Assembly: GCA_963841435.1 (NCBI GenBank)
Contig: CAWJCS010000003.1
Location: 1,280,001 to 1,344,000, forward strand
DNA: 64,000 nt
From: an uncultured delta proteobacterium
GTDB lineage: Bacteria; Myxococcota_A; Polyangia; Polyangiales; Polyangiaceae
Direction of reading: 5' to 3'
Shown here: in pieces, positions 44,136 to 51,883 of the stretch
Numbering within the stretch: position 1 is the stretch's first letter
Layout of the letters: every line of letters begins with the position of its first letter
Translations under genes and position numbers: made by a program
The notes under the pieces: model-generated
Database searches by the model: none
Told to the model about the DNA's origin: nothing
Seen by the model: the letters and a program-made list of their open reading frames with translations, nothing else

Positions 44136-44209
44136 GGCGGGAGACGGGACTCGAAACCGGAGCCACGGACCGCACGTGCCCGCAACGTGCCGCACCCGAC
44201 GCACCCCGC
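44136..44209 (-). pseudogene. Degenerate tRNA-like element
   Basis: 74 nt; 3' end GGTTTCGAGTCCCGTCTCCCGC closely matches the neighbouring tRNA-Gly 3' end; 5' GCGGGG can close an acceptor stem; D-arm and anticodon loop are non-canonical. Confidence 0.55.
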
Positions 44210-44250
44210 CGGTACGCCAGGTAGCGCAGGCCGCCCTCGCGGCCGCCCAG

Positions 44251-44330
44251 TGCCGTCGACGCGCAAGCGCTCACTGCCGTCGGCGCGCAAGCAACCAGCG
44301 CCGTCGACTCTGCCCGCGGCGCGCAAGCGC
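44251..44330. repeat. Short imperfect direct repeats (tgccgtcgacgcgcaagc-like, about 3 copies)
   Basis: tgccgtcgacgcgcaagcgc / tgccgtcggcgcgcaagcaa / tgcccgcggcgcgcaagcgc. Confidence 0.6.
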
Positions 44331-44340
44331 CGCCCACCAC

Positions 44341-44468
44341 GACCTCTGAGTCTTGGAAGAACAGATCACGATCGGCGTGAGCGGCGACGAGCCCCAACGA
44401 AACCCGGCGAGGCCGGCGCGGCCTGCTCAGCCCTTGCGAAGGTCGCAGAGCCTGGTGATCCGCCGAAA
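44341..44468. repeat. Dispersed intergenic repeat, copy B (3' of tRNA-Tyr)
   Basis: gacctctgagtcttggaagaacagatcacgatcggc...gagccccaacgaaacccggcgaggccggcgcggcctgctc...gcgaaggtcgc. Confidence 0.8.
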
Positions 44469-44480
44469 CCCCAGAACTAG

Positions 44481-44563
44481 TGGAGGGTGTTGGATTCGAA
44501 CCAACGTAGGCAAACGCCGGCAGGTTTACAGCCTGCTCCCTTTGGCCACTCGGGCAACCCTCC
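44481..44563 (-). tRNA. tRNA-Tyr(GTA)
   Basis: GGAGGGT...GCAGG-CTGTAAA-CCTGC, long variable arm, GGTTCGAATCC. Confidence 0.95.
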
Positions 44564-44585
44564 GGGGTCAGGTGCGACGAAGTCG

Positions 44586-44658
44586 AGCTGGCGGGGGGAC
44601 TCGAACCCCCAACCACCTGTTTACAAAACAGGTGCTCTGCCGGTTGAGCTACGCCAGC
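44586..44658 (-). tRNA. tRNA-Thr(TGT)
   Basis: GCTGGCG...CCTGT-TTTGTAA-ACAGG...GGTTCGAGTCC. Confidence 0.95.
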
Positions 44659-44872
44659 CGAGAGCATGCGTTCGCGCGCGCGCCGCGATGTGCGGCACGA
44701 GAGCATCGGCACTGAAGGGCGAGGGCGTCGATCGTGCATCGGCAGGTCGGACGTTGGCGCGCGGAATCGGGAAGCGACGTGCGCCGGAAAAAAGGGGCAC
44801 CCCACCCGTTGCCTCCCCCTCGAGGACCATGTAACGGGGAAGGGACGCGGCGGGGTCGACGAGAACCGGGGC

Positions 44873-44901
44873 CTCTTAGCGCCGGGTACGGGGACCGTCA
44901 A
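44873..44901 (-). promoter_or_regulatory. Putative promoter of the tRNA-tuf operon
   Basis: Minus strand TTGACG-N17-TAAGAG with a GC-rich discriminator and an AT-rich upstream tract (44940-44985). Confidence 0.5.
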
Positions 44902-44984
44902 GCATAATTCATACCGCTTTTTCGCGGCGCAAGGGCCCTAGGCTGCGAAAGAGAATTATTTTGACATTTTGTGGGTTTATTGAG

Positions 44985-46142
44985 TCATTTCGGGGTCGGG
45001 GCCTGAGCTTTGCTGCGGGCTTGGGCGCGCTTCTTGATCTCCGCGAGGGCCTCCTCCAGGTCGGCGCGGCTATACGGCAAACGGTCGAGCGCCGCGAGCT
45101 CCGCTTGTTCTGCTGCACGTATGTCCAGGAGCGACTGGCGGGCGCGGTCAACCCAGAGCGAGCGCTCGCCCTCGCGCTCGGCCATCGCCATCGTGTGCTC
45201 CATCATGCCGCGCGCCTTTTCGAGCAAAACCTCGTAGCGCAGGCGCATGGCGCCCTCGAACAGCTGCCGACGCGCGTCGGTGTCGGCCGGGGCCGGCGCG
45301 GGCATCGCCATGAGATCGCGATGCAGGCTCTCGTACATCTCGCCGAGCCGGTAGCCCGCTAGCGTGGACCAGTGGGCATCGTAGGCCCGCCAGGTCTCCG
45401 AGTAGGCGTGCTGTGCATCGAGGATGAGCTGACAACGCCGTTCGAGGACCGCAGAAAAGTCGGCGGGGATTGGGTCGAAGCGGATGCGCTCGGCCCTGAG
45501 CCGCTGTGCCTCGCCGAGTGCGTAATAGAGCGGGGCGAGGTCACGCGGCAGCTTTCCGGCCAGATCTAGCCTTTCGCGCTCGACGATGTCGCGTCCCCGC
45601 TCGACGTAGGAGCTGGCGCGAGCGTCGTCCCCCTCGTCGACGAGCGCGAGGGCTTTGCCGCCGTAGGCGACGATGGACTCCATGGGCCGGAGGTCGGGCT
45701 CGGCGAGAAGCCGATCGGCGAAGCGTCCCGCCCACGCGAAGTCGTCGACGTAGGTGAGCAGCCGCACGAGCCGGAGCATCGAGAGCCGCGAGCGGGGATG
45801 CCCAAGGTGATGCTCGACGATGCCACGATAGCGCTCGATGGCAGCCTGGTGGTGGCCGAGGCGGTCGTGAATGTCGCCGGAGCGAAACAGCGCCTCGCCG
45901 GCAAGCTCACCGGCGGGCTCGAGCTCGGCGACCCTGTCGAAGCCGCCGGTTGCGAGCGCGAGCTCACCGGCGCGCTCGTGGCGCTCGGCTTCCGCGAAAA
46001 GCTCCTCGAGCGTTGCCGTTCGCGTCGGCGTGACCACGACGCGCGGCACCTCGATGAGCCGCTCGGGCGAGGCGGGGACAGGCGCCTCTGCCCGCGGGAC
46101 CGCGGCACAACCCGTGAGCAGCACGAAGGCCAGCGCGCGCAT
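44985..46142 (-). CDS. TPR-repeat lipoprotein
   Basis: Lipobox MRALAFVLLTGC; TPR-like helices (ALFRSGDI...AAIERY; LYYALGEA). Confidence 0.75.
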   Translation of the reverse strand: MRALAFVLLTGCAAVPRAEAPVPASPERLIEVPRVVVTPTRTATLEELFAEAERHERAGELALATGGFDRVAELEPAGELAGEALFRSGDIHDRLGHHQAAIERYRGIVEHHLGHPRSRLSMLRLVRLLTYVDDFAWAGRFADRLLAEPDLRPMESIVAYGGKALALVDEGDDARASSYVERGRDIVERERLDLAGKLPRDLAPLYYALGEAQRLRAERIRFDPIPADFSAVLERRCQLILDAQHAYSETWRAYDAHWSTLAGYRLGEMYESLHRDLMAMPAPAPADTDARRQLFEGAMRLRYEVLLEKARGMMEHTMAMAEREGERSLWVDRARQSLLDIRAAEQAELAALDRLPYSRADLEEALAEIKKRAQARSKAQAPTPK

Positions 46143-46321
46143 CCGAGGAAGCGTACCGCTACCTGACGGAGCCCGCCGCCGGGGCGCAGCTCGATCGGAA
46201 TTTGCCGCTCGGAGTGGGCTCTGTTTCGGCAACAGAGCAATCTGACCACGCTGGCGTTTCGGGCTTGGGGAAGCACGATTCTTGCGAGCGTCGCCAGGGT
46301 GCTTTCGGGTGAAGAGCACCA

Positions 46322-46349
46322 TTGACGGCCATGGCCCGTCGCTTACCCT
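46322..46349 (+). promoter_or_regulatory. Putative sigma70-type promoter
   Basis: TTGACG-N16-TACCCT upstream of 46454; same -10 hexamer as the rpsL promoter candidate. Confidence 0.4.
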
Positions 46350-46453
46350 AAAAGGCGCATGGCGCGATCGACCGCGGTGGGGAATGACGCGACGGGACGG
46401 GGCGTCATGCAAGGTGCCCGCCGCCCGGGCAATGACGAAGGAGGCAGAGTGCG

Positions 46454-46654
46454 ATGAAGCAAGTCGTCGTCGAGCAGTACCTCACGAATCTCGAGGCTCG
46501 CCACAAGGATCTGGCCACGGCAGTCGCCGAGCTCGGCCGGCGCGCCTACCTCACACCGAGCGAGCAGCGCGAGGTTGCCGATCTGAAGAAGGAGAAGCTA
46601 TTGACGAAGGACCGCATCGTCGCCCTGCGGCGCTCCGACCCTCCACTTGGTTGA
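46454..46654 (+). CDS. Small coiled-coil protein (YdcH/DUF465-like)
   Basis: RBS GGAGG; LEARHKDL...YLTPSEQREVADLKKEKLLTKDRI. Confidence 0.75.
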   Translation: MKQVVVEQYLTNLEARHKDLATAVAELGRRAYLTPSEQREVADLKKEKLLTKDRIVALRRSDPPLG

Positions 46655-46668
46655 GCGGCGCGCTCGCG

Positions 46669-47094
46669 CTACGGCGCGGCGTGTGCGCTTCCCGACCCTG
46701 ACTCGGCGGACTTGTCGACGAACTCGGCCGAGTCCTTGTCGAAGCGCTCCGACCCTCCGTACACGTCGTTGTTCAGATCGGTGAGCGACTTCTCGAGGCG
46801 GTCGCGCCATTCCTGATTGAGCCCACCGGGCTGCGCGTGATCGATGGCGCGCGCGACGGCGAGCCAGTGGCGAGCATAGGGGCGGAAGCCTAGGCGGTAG
46901 TCGGTCATACCGCGGAGGTAGGCGTAGCGCGCCTGATCGTTGACGGTGAGGGAGTCCGTGTCGGGCTCGAGGACGCGCCAGATCGCGAGCGCGTGCTCGT
47001 ACTGGTTCTCCTCGTAGAGGCGCTGGCCGCGGTTCAAATCCTCGCGGTAGGTCGAGCACCCGAGCAGGGCGAGAGCGAGAAGGGCGTACCGCAT
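46669..47094 (-). CDS. Hypothetical lipoprotein with TPR-like helix pair
   Basis: Lipobox MRYALLALALLGC; coding-like codon usage. Confidence 0.7.
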   Translation of the reverse strand: MRYALLALALLGCSTYREDLNRGQRLYEENQYEHALAIWRVLEPDTDSLTVNDQARYAYLRGMTDYRLGFRPYARHWLAVARAIDHAQPGGLNQEWRDRLEKSLTDLNNDVYGGSERFDKDSAEFVDKSAESGSGSAHAAP

Positions 47095-47168
47095 GATCGG
47101 GAGGGGAGGGTACCCTGCCCCGAGCCCGGGGAGCAAGACACGAGCCCCAGCGGCGGGCGCAGGGGGTC

Positions 47169-47786
47169 TCACCCGAGCCTCCGGTAGTGAAGGCGCGTGA
47201 TCGGCAAGCCGTCGGCCAGCGCCCGCCGCTCGCGGGGGCTTCGCGCGCCGAAGGGGTTCTCGGCGACGCGCGGGGCCTCGTTCACGGGGGCGAAGGCGGC
47301 ATGCGCGTCCAAGAGCGACTGGTACCCGGCGGCGCGCTCCTCGACGTCGGTCTGGATGAAGAGCTCGCCGCCGGGCAAGAGGACCCGCGCGAGCTCGTCG
47401 AGCACGAAGGCGGACAGCACGAGTCGCTTGGTGTGGCGCTTCTTCCACCAGGGATCGGGAAAGTGAACGAAGACGGCACCCACGCAGCCGTCGACGAAGC
47501 GGGGAAGAGCGTCCCGCGCATCCTCCGCGAACACGCGAGCCCTTGCCCCGTGACCGAGCGCCGCGAGCTTCTGGTTGACGAGCGTCGCCCATTTTCGCCG
47601 GATCTCGAGCCCGAGGATCCGTACGTCCGGGCCCAGAGTGACGCGCTCCAGCATGAACCCGCCGCGCCCCGGACCAATCTCGAGCTCGACCGGGGTGCCC
47701 GGGGCGCCGAGCAGCACCCGGGGGTCGACGGGGGGACCCTCCGGTAGGCGCGGGGCGTCGGCGTAGGGTCGAGGAGCGCGGGTCAC
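47169..47786 (-). CDS. trmB: tRNA (guanine-N7)-methyltransferase
   Basis: LEIGPGRGGF, LGLEI, HFPDPWWKKRHTKR, FIQTDV. Confidence 0.9.
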   Translation of the reverse strand: MTRAPRPYADAPRLPEGPPVDPRVLLGAPGTPVELEIGPGRGGFMLERVTLGPDVRILGLEIRRKWATLVNQKLAALGHGARARVFAEDARDALPRFVDGCVGAVFVHFPDPWWKKRHTKRLVLSAFVLDELARVLLPGGELFIQTDVEERAAGYQSLLDAHAAFAPVNEAPRVAENPFGARSPRERRALADGLPITRLHYRRLG

Positions 47787-47843
47787 GGGGGGGCGCCGGT
47801 CCTCGGCGGGCCGGCTCGAGGCCCCTCTAGTATAGAAGCCACC

Positions 47844-49907
47844 GTGCAGCGAGCGATCGAGGTGCCCGAAAGCCTCGCGAGCGTCGGTCCGGCGCTCGCC
47901 CGCGCACTTCGTCGCCATGGGTTGCGCCTCGCCGTGACGGGCACTCTCGCCGTCGTCGCGACGCGCGCCATCCTGCACGCGACCGGTGGCGAACCGGCAG
48001 TGCCGCTCGACGATGCCTTCATCCACTTTCAGTACGCGCGCTCGTTCTGGGAGGGACACGGGCTCGCCTACGCGCCGGGCGGAGCGCCGGTCCCGGGCGC
48101 AACCAGCCTACTCTGGCCGTTCCTCTTGTCCGTGCCGTACGGGCTCGGCCTGCGTGGCACGTCAATCATCTGGGCCGCGTGGGCGTTCGGATGGGTGTCG
48201 CTCGGGCTTCTCGGCTACGAGACTCGACGCGTCGCCGAGCGGCTCGTGAGCGCCGACGGCGCGCTCGCGGCCGAGCTCATGGTGCTCTGCTTCGGTGGCC
48301 ACGTCTGGTTCGCCGCGAGCGGCATGGAGGTCGTGCCGCTGGCCTTTCTGCTCATGCGCACCGCAAGGCGCGCCGCCGAGCTCGCCGAGGCCCCCGAGCG
48401 TCGCGCGCCACCGTGGGAACTGCTCGCCCTCGCGACACTCGGACCGCTCTTGCGCCCGGAAGGCGCCCTCGCCGCGCTCATGGTCGCTGGCACGCTCGGG
48501 GTGCGCGCTCGCGGGCGAAAGAAGGCCTGGGCACTCGTCGCCCTCGCCGCGCTCCTGCTGCCGGGCCTCGTGAACTGGCTTTTGTCCGGCTCGGCGACGA
48601 CCACGACGGCGGCCGTGAAGTGGCTCTTGCTCAGCCCGTACCTCGAGGGTCGCGAGCTGTTCGCGGCGGTGCTCGACAATGTCAGGCTCCTTTTTCGCAC
48701 GTTGCTCGACGGTGAGGTGTGGAGCGCGGTGTTCTTGCCCAAGGGCTCGGCGGTCGTGCTCTGGCCTGCGGTGCCTGCGCTGATCATCGCGGGCGTTCGG
48801 CGCGGAGCGCGCGCGCGAGCGCTGCTCGTCGCGGTCGTGGCGCTCGGGATGCTCATGCCGACGACGTACGACAGCTTCCTCTGGAACCGGCTGCGCTACC
48901 TCTGGCCGTTCACCGCGGCCTGGTTCGTCGGTGTCGCCGCACTCGGCGATGCGGTCGGCGCGCTCGCTGCGCGGCTCGACCCGTCCCTCGCGAGGTTCCG
49001 CCTGCTCGCGTCGGGCGTCGTGATTGGCTGCTTGCTCAGCCACCTCGGCTGGACGATCGACGATCTGTCGACGAGCGCGAACGCGATTCGGTCGCAGCAA
49101 GTCGCGCTGGGGCGCTGGGCCCGGGACAACCTCCCCGACGACGCGGTGATCGGCGTGAACGACACGGGGGCGATTGCGTATCTCTCGGGGCACCGCACGT
49201 TCGACGTCGTCGGGCTCACGACGCGCGGCGAGGCCCGCTACTGGGTCGCGGGCGCCGGCTCTCGTTTCGAACACTACGAGCGGCTCGGAGCAGCGCACCT
49301 GCCGACTCACTTCTTCGTGTACGAAGGTTGGTTCGGGCTCCGCCCGCTGCTCGGCGAGCTCCTGACCCAGCGCACCGTTCCGGGCGCGACGATCCTCGGC
49401 GGCGAAACCATGGTCGCGCGGCGCGCGAGCTACGCGGCGCTCGGCAGCGGCGCGCGGCCGAGCGATGCGGCGTTCTCCGGCTGTCCTCTCGTCGACGAGC
49501 TCGACGTTTCGGACCTCGAGAGCGAGGCCGCCCACGACTACGCCCTCTTCGACGCCGTGGCCGCCGAGAACGTCGCGCTCGAGGAGAACGGCCGCGTGGA
49601 CGGGGCACGCGAGGAGCGCACGCTCGAGCAGTTCGTGCTCCGACACGCGCCGGGGGGGCGATGGGTCGCGCGCATCGCGCTCGACGAGGCGCGAACCGTC
49701 GAGGTCCGCGCGGCGGGGCACGTGGTGTTTCGCGCGGAGGTCCAGCCGGACGCCTGGCGCGAGCTCGTCGTCCCCGTCCCTTCCGGTCTCCCGGCTGGCG
49801 CGGTCGGGCTCACGCTCGAGGCGGGCGGCGCGCCCTTCACGGCGCTCCACTACTGGTCGTTCGGCGCGTGCGGCCACGGGCACCCCGAGCGAGCTCTGGC
49901 TGAGTAG
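47844..49907 (+). CDS. Polytopic membrane protein, putative GT-C-fold glycosyltransferase
   Basis: DDAFIHFQYARS after TM1, GATSLLWP, SGME, RPEG, D.GAIAY...DVVGL; many TM segments. Confidence 0.6.
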   Translation: MQRAIEVPESLASVGPALARALRRHGLRLAVTGTLAVVATRAILHATGGEPAVPLDDAFIHFQYARSFWEGHGLAYAPGGAPVPGATSLLWPFLLSVPYGLGLRGTSIIWAAWAFGWVSLGLLGYETRRVAERLVSADGALAAELMVLCFGGHVWFAASGMEVVPLAFLLMRTARRAAELAEAPERRAPPWELLALATLGPLLRPEGALAALMVAGTLGVRARGRKKAWALVALAALLLPGLVNWLLSGSATTTTAAVKWLLLSPYLEGRELFAAVLDNVRLLFRTLLDGEVWSAVFLPKGSAVVLWPAVPALIIAGVRRGARARALLVAVVALGMLMPTTYDSFLWNRLRYLWPFTAAWFVGVAALGDAVGALAARLDPSLARFRLLASGVVIGCLLSHLGWTIDDLSTSANAIRSQQVALGRWARDNLPDDAVIGVNDTGAIAYLSGHRTFDVVGLTTRGEARYWVAGAGSRFEHYERLGAAHLPTHFFVYEGWFGLRPLLGELLTQRTVPGATILGGETMVARRASYAALGSGARPSDAAFSGCPLVDELDVSDLESEAAHDYALFDAVAAENVALEENGRVDGAREERTLEQFVLRHAPGGRWVARIALDEARTVEVRAAGHVVFRAEVQPDAWRELVVPVPSGLPAGAVGLTLEAGGAPFTALHYWSFGACGHGHPERALAE

Positions 49908-49949
49908 CGCGAGGGTCTCGGGAGGGTTCGGCGTGGTATATCGTTCTGG

Positions 49950-50891
49950 ATGCGCCAGCGCGATCTCGGCAACACGGGCCTCAAGGTGAGCGAGCTCTCG
50001 CTCGGGACCTGGGGCCTCAGCGGCGACGGATACGGCACGGTCGCCGAGAGCGATCAGGATGCCGTCATCGAGCGCGCGCTCGCCACGGGCATCACGCTGT
50101 TCGAAACCGCCGACAGCTACGCCGAGGGGAAGATGGAGGCGCGGCTCGGCCAACGCTTGCCGAAAGAGGGCGTCTTGGTCGCCACCAAGCTCGGCACCGA
50201 GGGCGAGGGCGGCTCGCGCCGCAAGGATTTCGGCGCCGAGCACCTGAAAGCGTCGGCTGAGCGCTCTCGCGAGCGGCTCGCGCGCGAAGCGATCGACATC
50301 GTGCTGCTCCACAACCCCTCGCCACGGACGGTGGCGCGGGGTGAGGCCACGGGCGCACTCGCCGAGCTCGTTTCGAGCGGCGTCGCGCGAGCATGGGGCG
50401 TGAGCGCAGGGTCAGTCGAGGTGGCGGCCGCCGCCGTCACGGCGGGCGCGCCGGTCATCGAGGTGCCGTACAACGCGTACCACCCGCGCGTGCTCGACCG
50501 CATCGCCGCTGACGTCACCGAGAAGAAGGTCGGCATCCTTGGGCACTCGGTGCTGGCGTACGGGCTGCTTTGCGGCGCCTGGCCCATGACGAAGGAATTT
50601 CCCCCCGCCGATCACCGGAGCGAACGCTGGACGACCGACGAGCTCAAGCGGCGCATCATGCAGCTCAACGCCATGCGGCCGAGCGTCACGGGGAGCGCGT
50701 CGAGCCTGCGCGCCGTCGCCCTGCGCTACGTGCTCTCGAACAAGCTCGTTTCGAGCGCCGTGCTCGGGCCGCGCAAAGTGGCACAGCTCGACCAGCTGGT
50801 GCGTGACGCCGGCAAGGAGCGCCGCTACCTGCCGGAGGGCGGTCGCGAGGCGCTCGAGAACCGCTTGCGCAACCTCGGGGTCCGCCCGTGA
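49950..50891 (+). CDS. Aldo/keto reductase
   Basis: LGNTGLKVSELSLGTW, FETADSY, VATK, IDIVLLH. Confidence 0.9.
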   Translation: MRQRDLGNTGLKVSELSLGTWGLSGDGYGTVAESDQDAVIERALATGITLFETADSYAEGKMEARLGQRLPKEGVLVATKLGTEGEGGSRRKDFGAEHLKASAERSRERLAREAIDIVLLHNPSPRTVARGEATGALAELVSSGVARAWGVSAGSVEVAAAAVTAGAPVIEVPYNAYHPRVLDRIAADVTEKKVGILGHSVLAYGLLCGAWPMTKEFPPADHRSERWTTDELKRRIMQLNAMRPSVTGSASSLRAVALRYVLSNKLVSSAVLGPRKVAQLDQLVRDAGKERRYLPEGGREALENRLRNLGVRP

Positions 50892-51712
50892 AAGGGGCCA
50901 TACTCGACGCACTCGTCGCGATTGCGGCCGAGGCCGCACGCGTCGTGAAGGCCATCTACGCGACGCCGTTCGAGGTCGAGTACAAGGGGCCGGCCGACCC
51001 GGTGACGCTCGCCGACCGGCAAGCGAACGACCTCATCTGCGAACGCCTCCAACGGGATTTTCCTGGAATCCCGATCGTGGCCGAGGAGAGCCCCGTCGAG
51101 TCCTTCGCGGGATTCCGCGATTCACGCGAGATTTTCTTCGTCGACCCCGTGGACGGCACCAACGAGTTCATCGAACGGCGCCCCGAGTTCGTCGTGATGA
51201 TCGGGCTCGTCCAGGGCGACAGGCCGACGCATGCGGTGATCCACGCGCCCGTCTTCGACGAGGCCTGGGCCGGGGCCGTCGGCGACGGCGCGTTTCGGAT
51301 CGGGTCGGATGGAGCCAGGTCGCCCATTCGAGTCAGCGAAGTGACGACGCTCGCCGAGGCGAGGCTGGTCTCGTCGCGCTCCCACCGCAGCGAACGCCTG
51401 GAACGGTTGATCGCGGCGCTCGGCGTGAAGGGCACCGTGCCGCTCGGCAGCGCCGGCCTCAAGGGCGTGGAGGTGGCGCGAGGAGGTGCGGAGGCCTACG
51501 TCGCGCCGTTTCACGCCGGCAAGCGCTGGGACGTCTGTGCGGCCGAAGCAATCGTCAACGCGGCCGGGGGTCGCGTGACCGATGCCTCGGGTACGTTGCT
51601 CGACTATCGCGGTGCGAGCCTCTCGAACGACCTCGGCGTGGTCGCATCGAACGGCCACGTGCACGACCAGCTCGTCGCGCGACTCCACCAGATCCGCGCC
51701 TCCGGCGCGTGA
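50888..51712 (+). CDS. cysQ: CysQ / inositol monophosphatase family protein
   Basis: PVTLAD, AEES, VDPVDGTNEF, SRSH, GSAGLK, WDVCA. Confidence 0.85.
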   Translation: MKGAILDALVAIAAEAARVVKAIYATPFEVEYKGPADPVTLADRQANDLICERLQRDFPGIPIVAEESPVESFAGFRDSREIFFVDPVDGTNEFIERRPEFVVMIGLVQGDRPTHAVIHAPVFDEAWAGAVGDGAFRIGSDGARSPIRVSEVTTLAEARLVSSRSHRSERLERLIAALGVKGTVPLGSAGLKGVEVARGGAEAYVAPFHAGKRWDVCAAEAIVNAAGGRVTDASGTLLDYRGASLSNDLGVVASNGHVHDQLVARLHQIRASGA

Positions 51713-51883
51713 GCTCGCGACCGACTCACCCTTGCCTACATTCACCTACCCCCGCTGCCGTGTGTCGATGAACGGCGCGTGATCGCGACGGTCCCGTTTG
51801 ACAGGCCACGGACGAGCGGCCTACCGTCAGGGCCACAAAAAGCTAGGGCTTTTTTGGGGTCCCCGACCAGGAGAAACGCTCCC

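Noticed and set aside
44251-44330. Mini CRISPR array
   Set aside because: Only about three short imperfect repeats, spacers of a few bases, and no cas genes in the window.
44125-44480. Prophage/ICE attachment site suggested by the duplicated tRNA-Gly 3' end
   Set aside because: The duplicate lies upstream of and adjacent to the intact tRNA, with no integrase or cargo between them.
43920-44715. Plus-strand ORFs starting MEDQITIG / MEEQITIG as real small proteins
   Set aside because: The similarity follows from the DNA repeat; they have TTG starts, no clear RBS and run antisense through tRNA genes.
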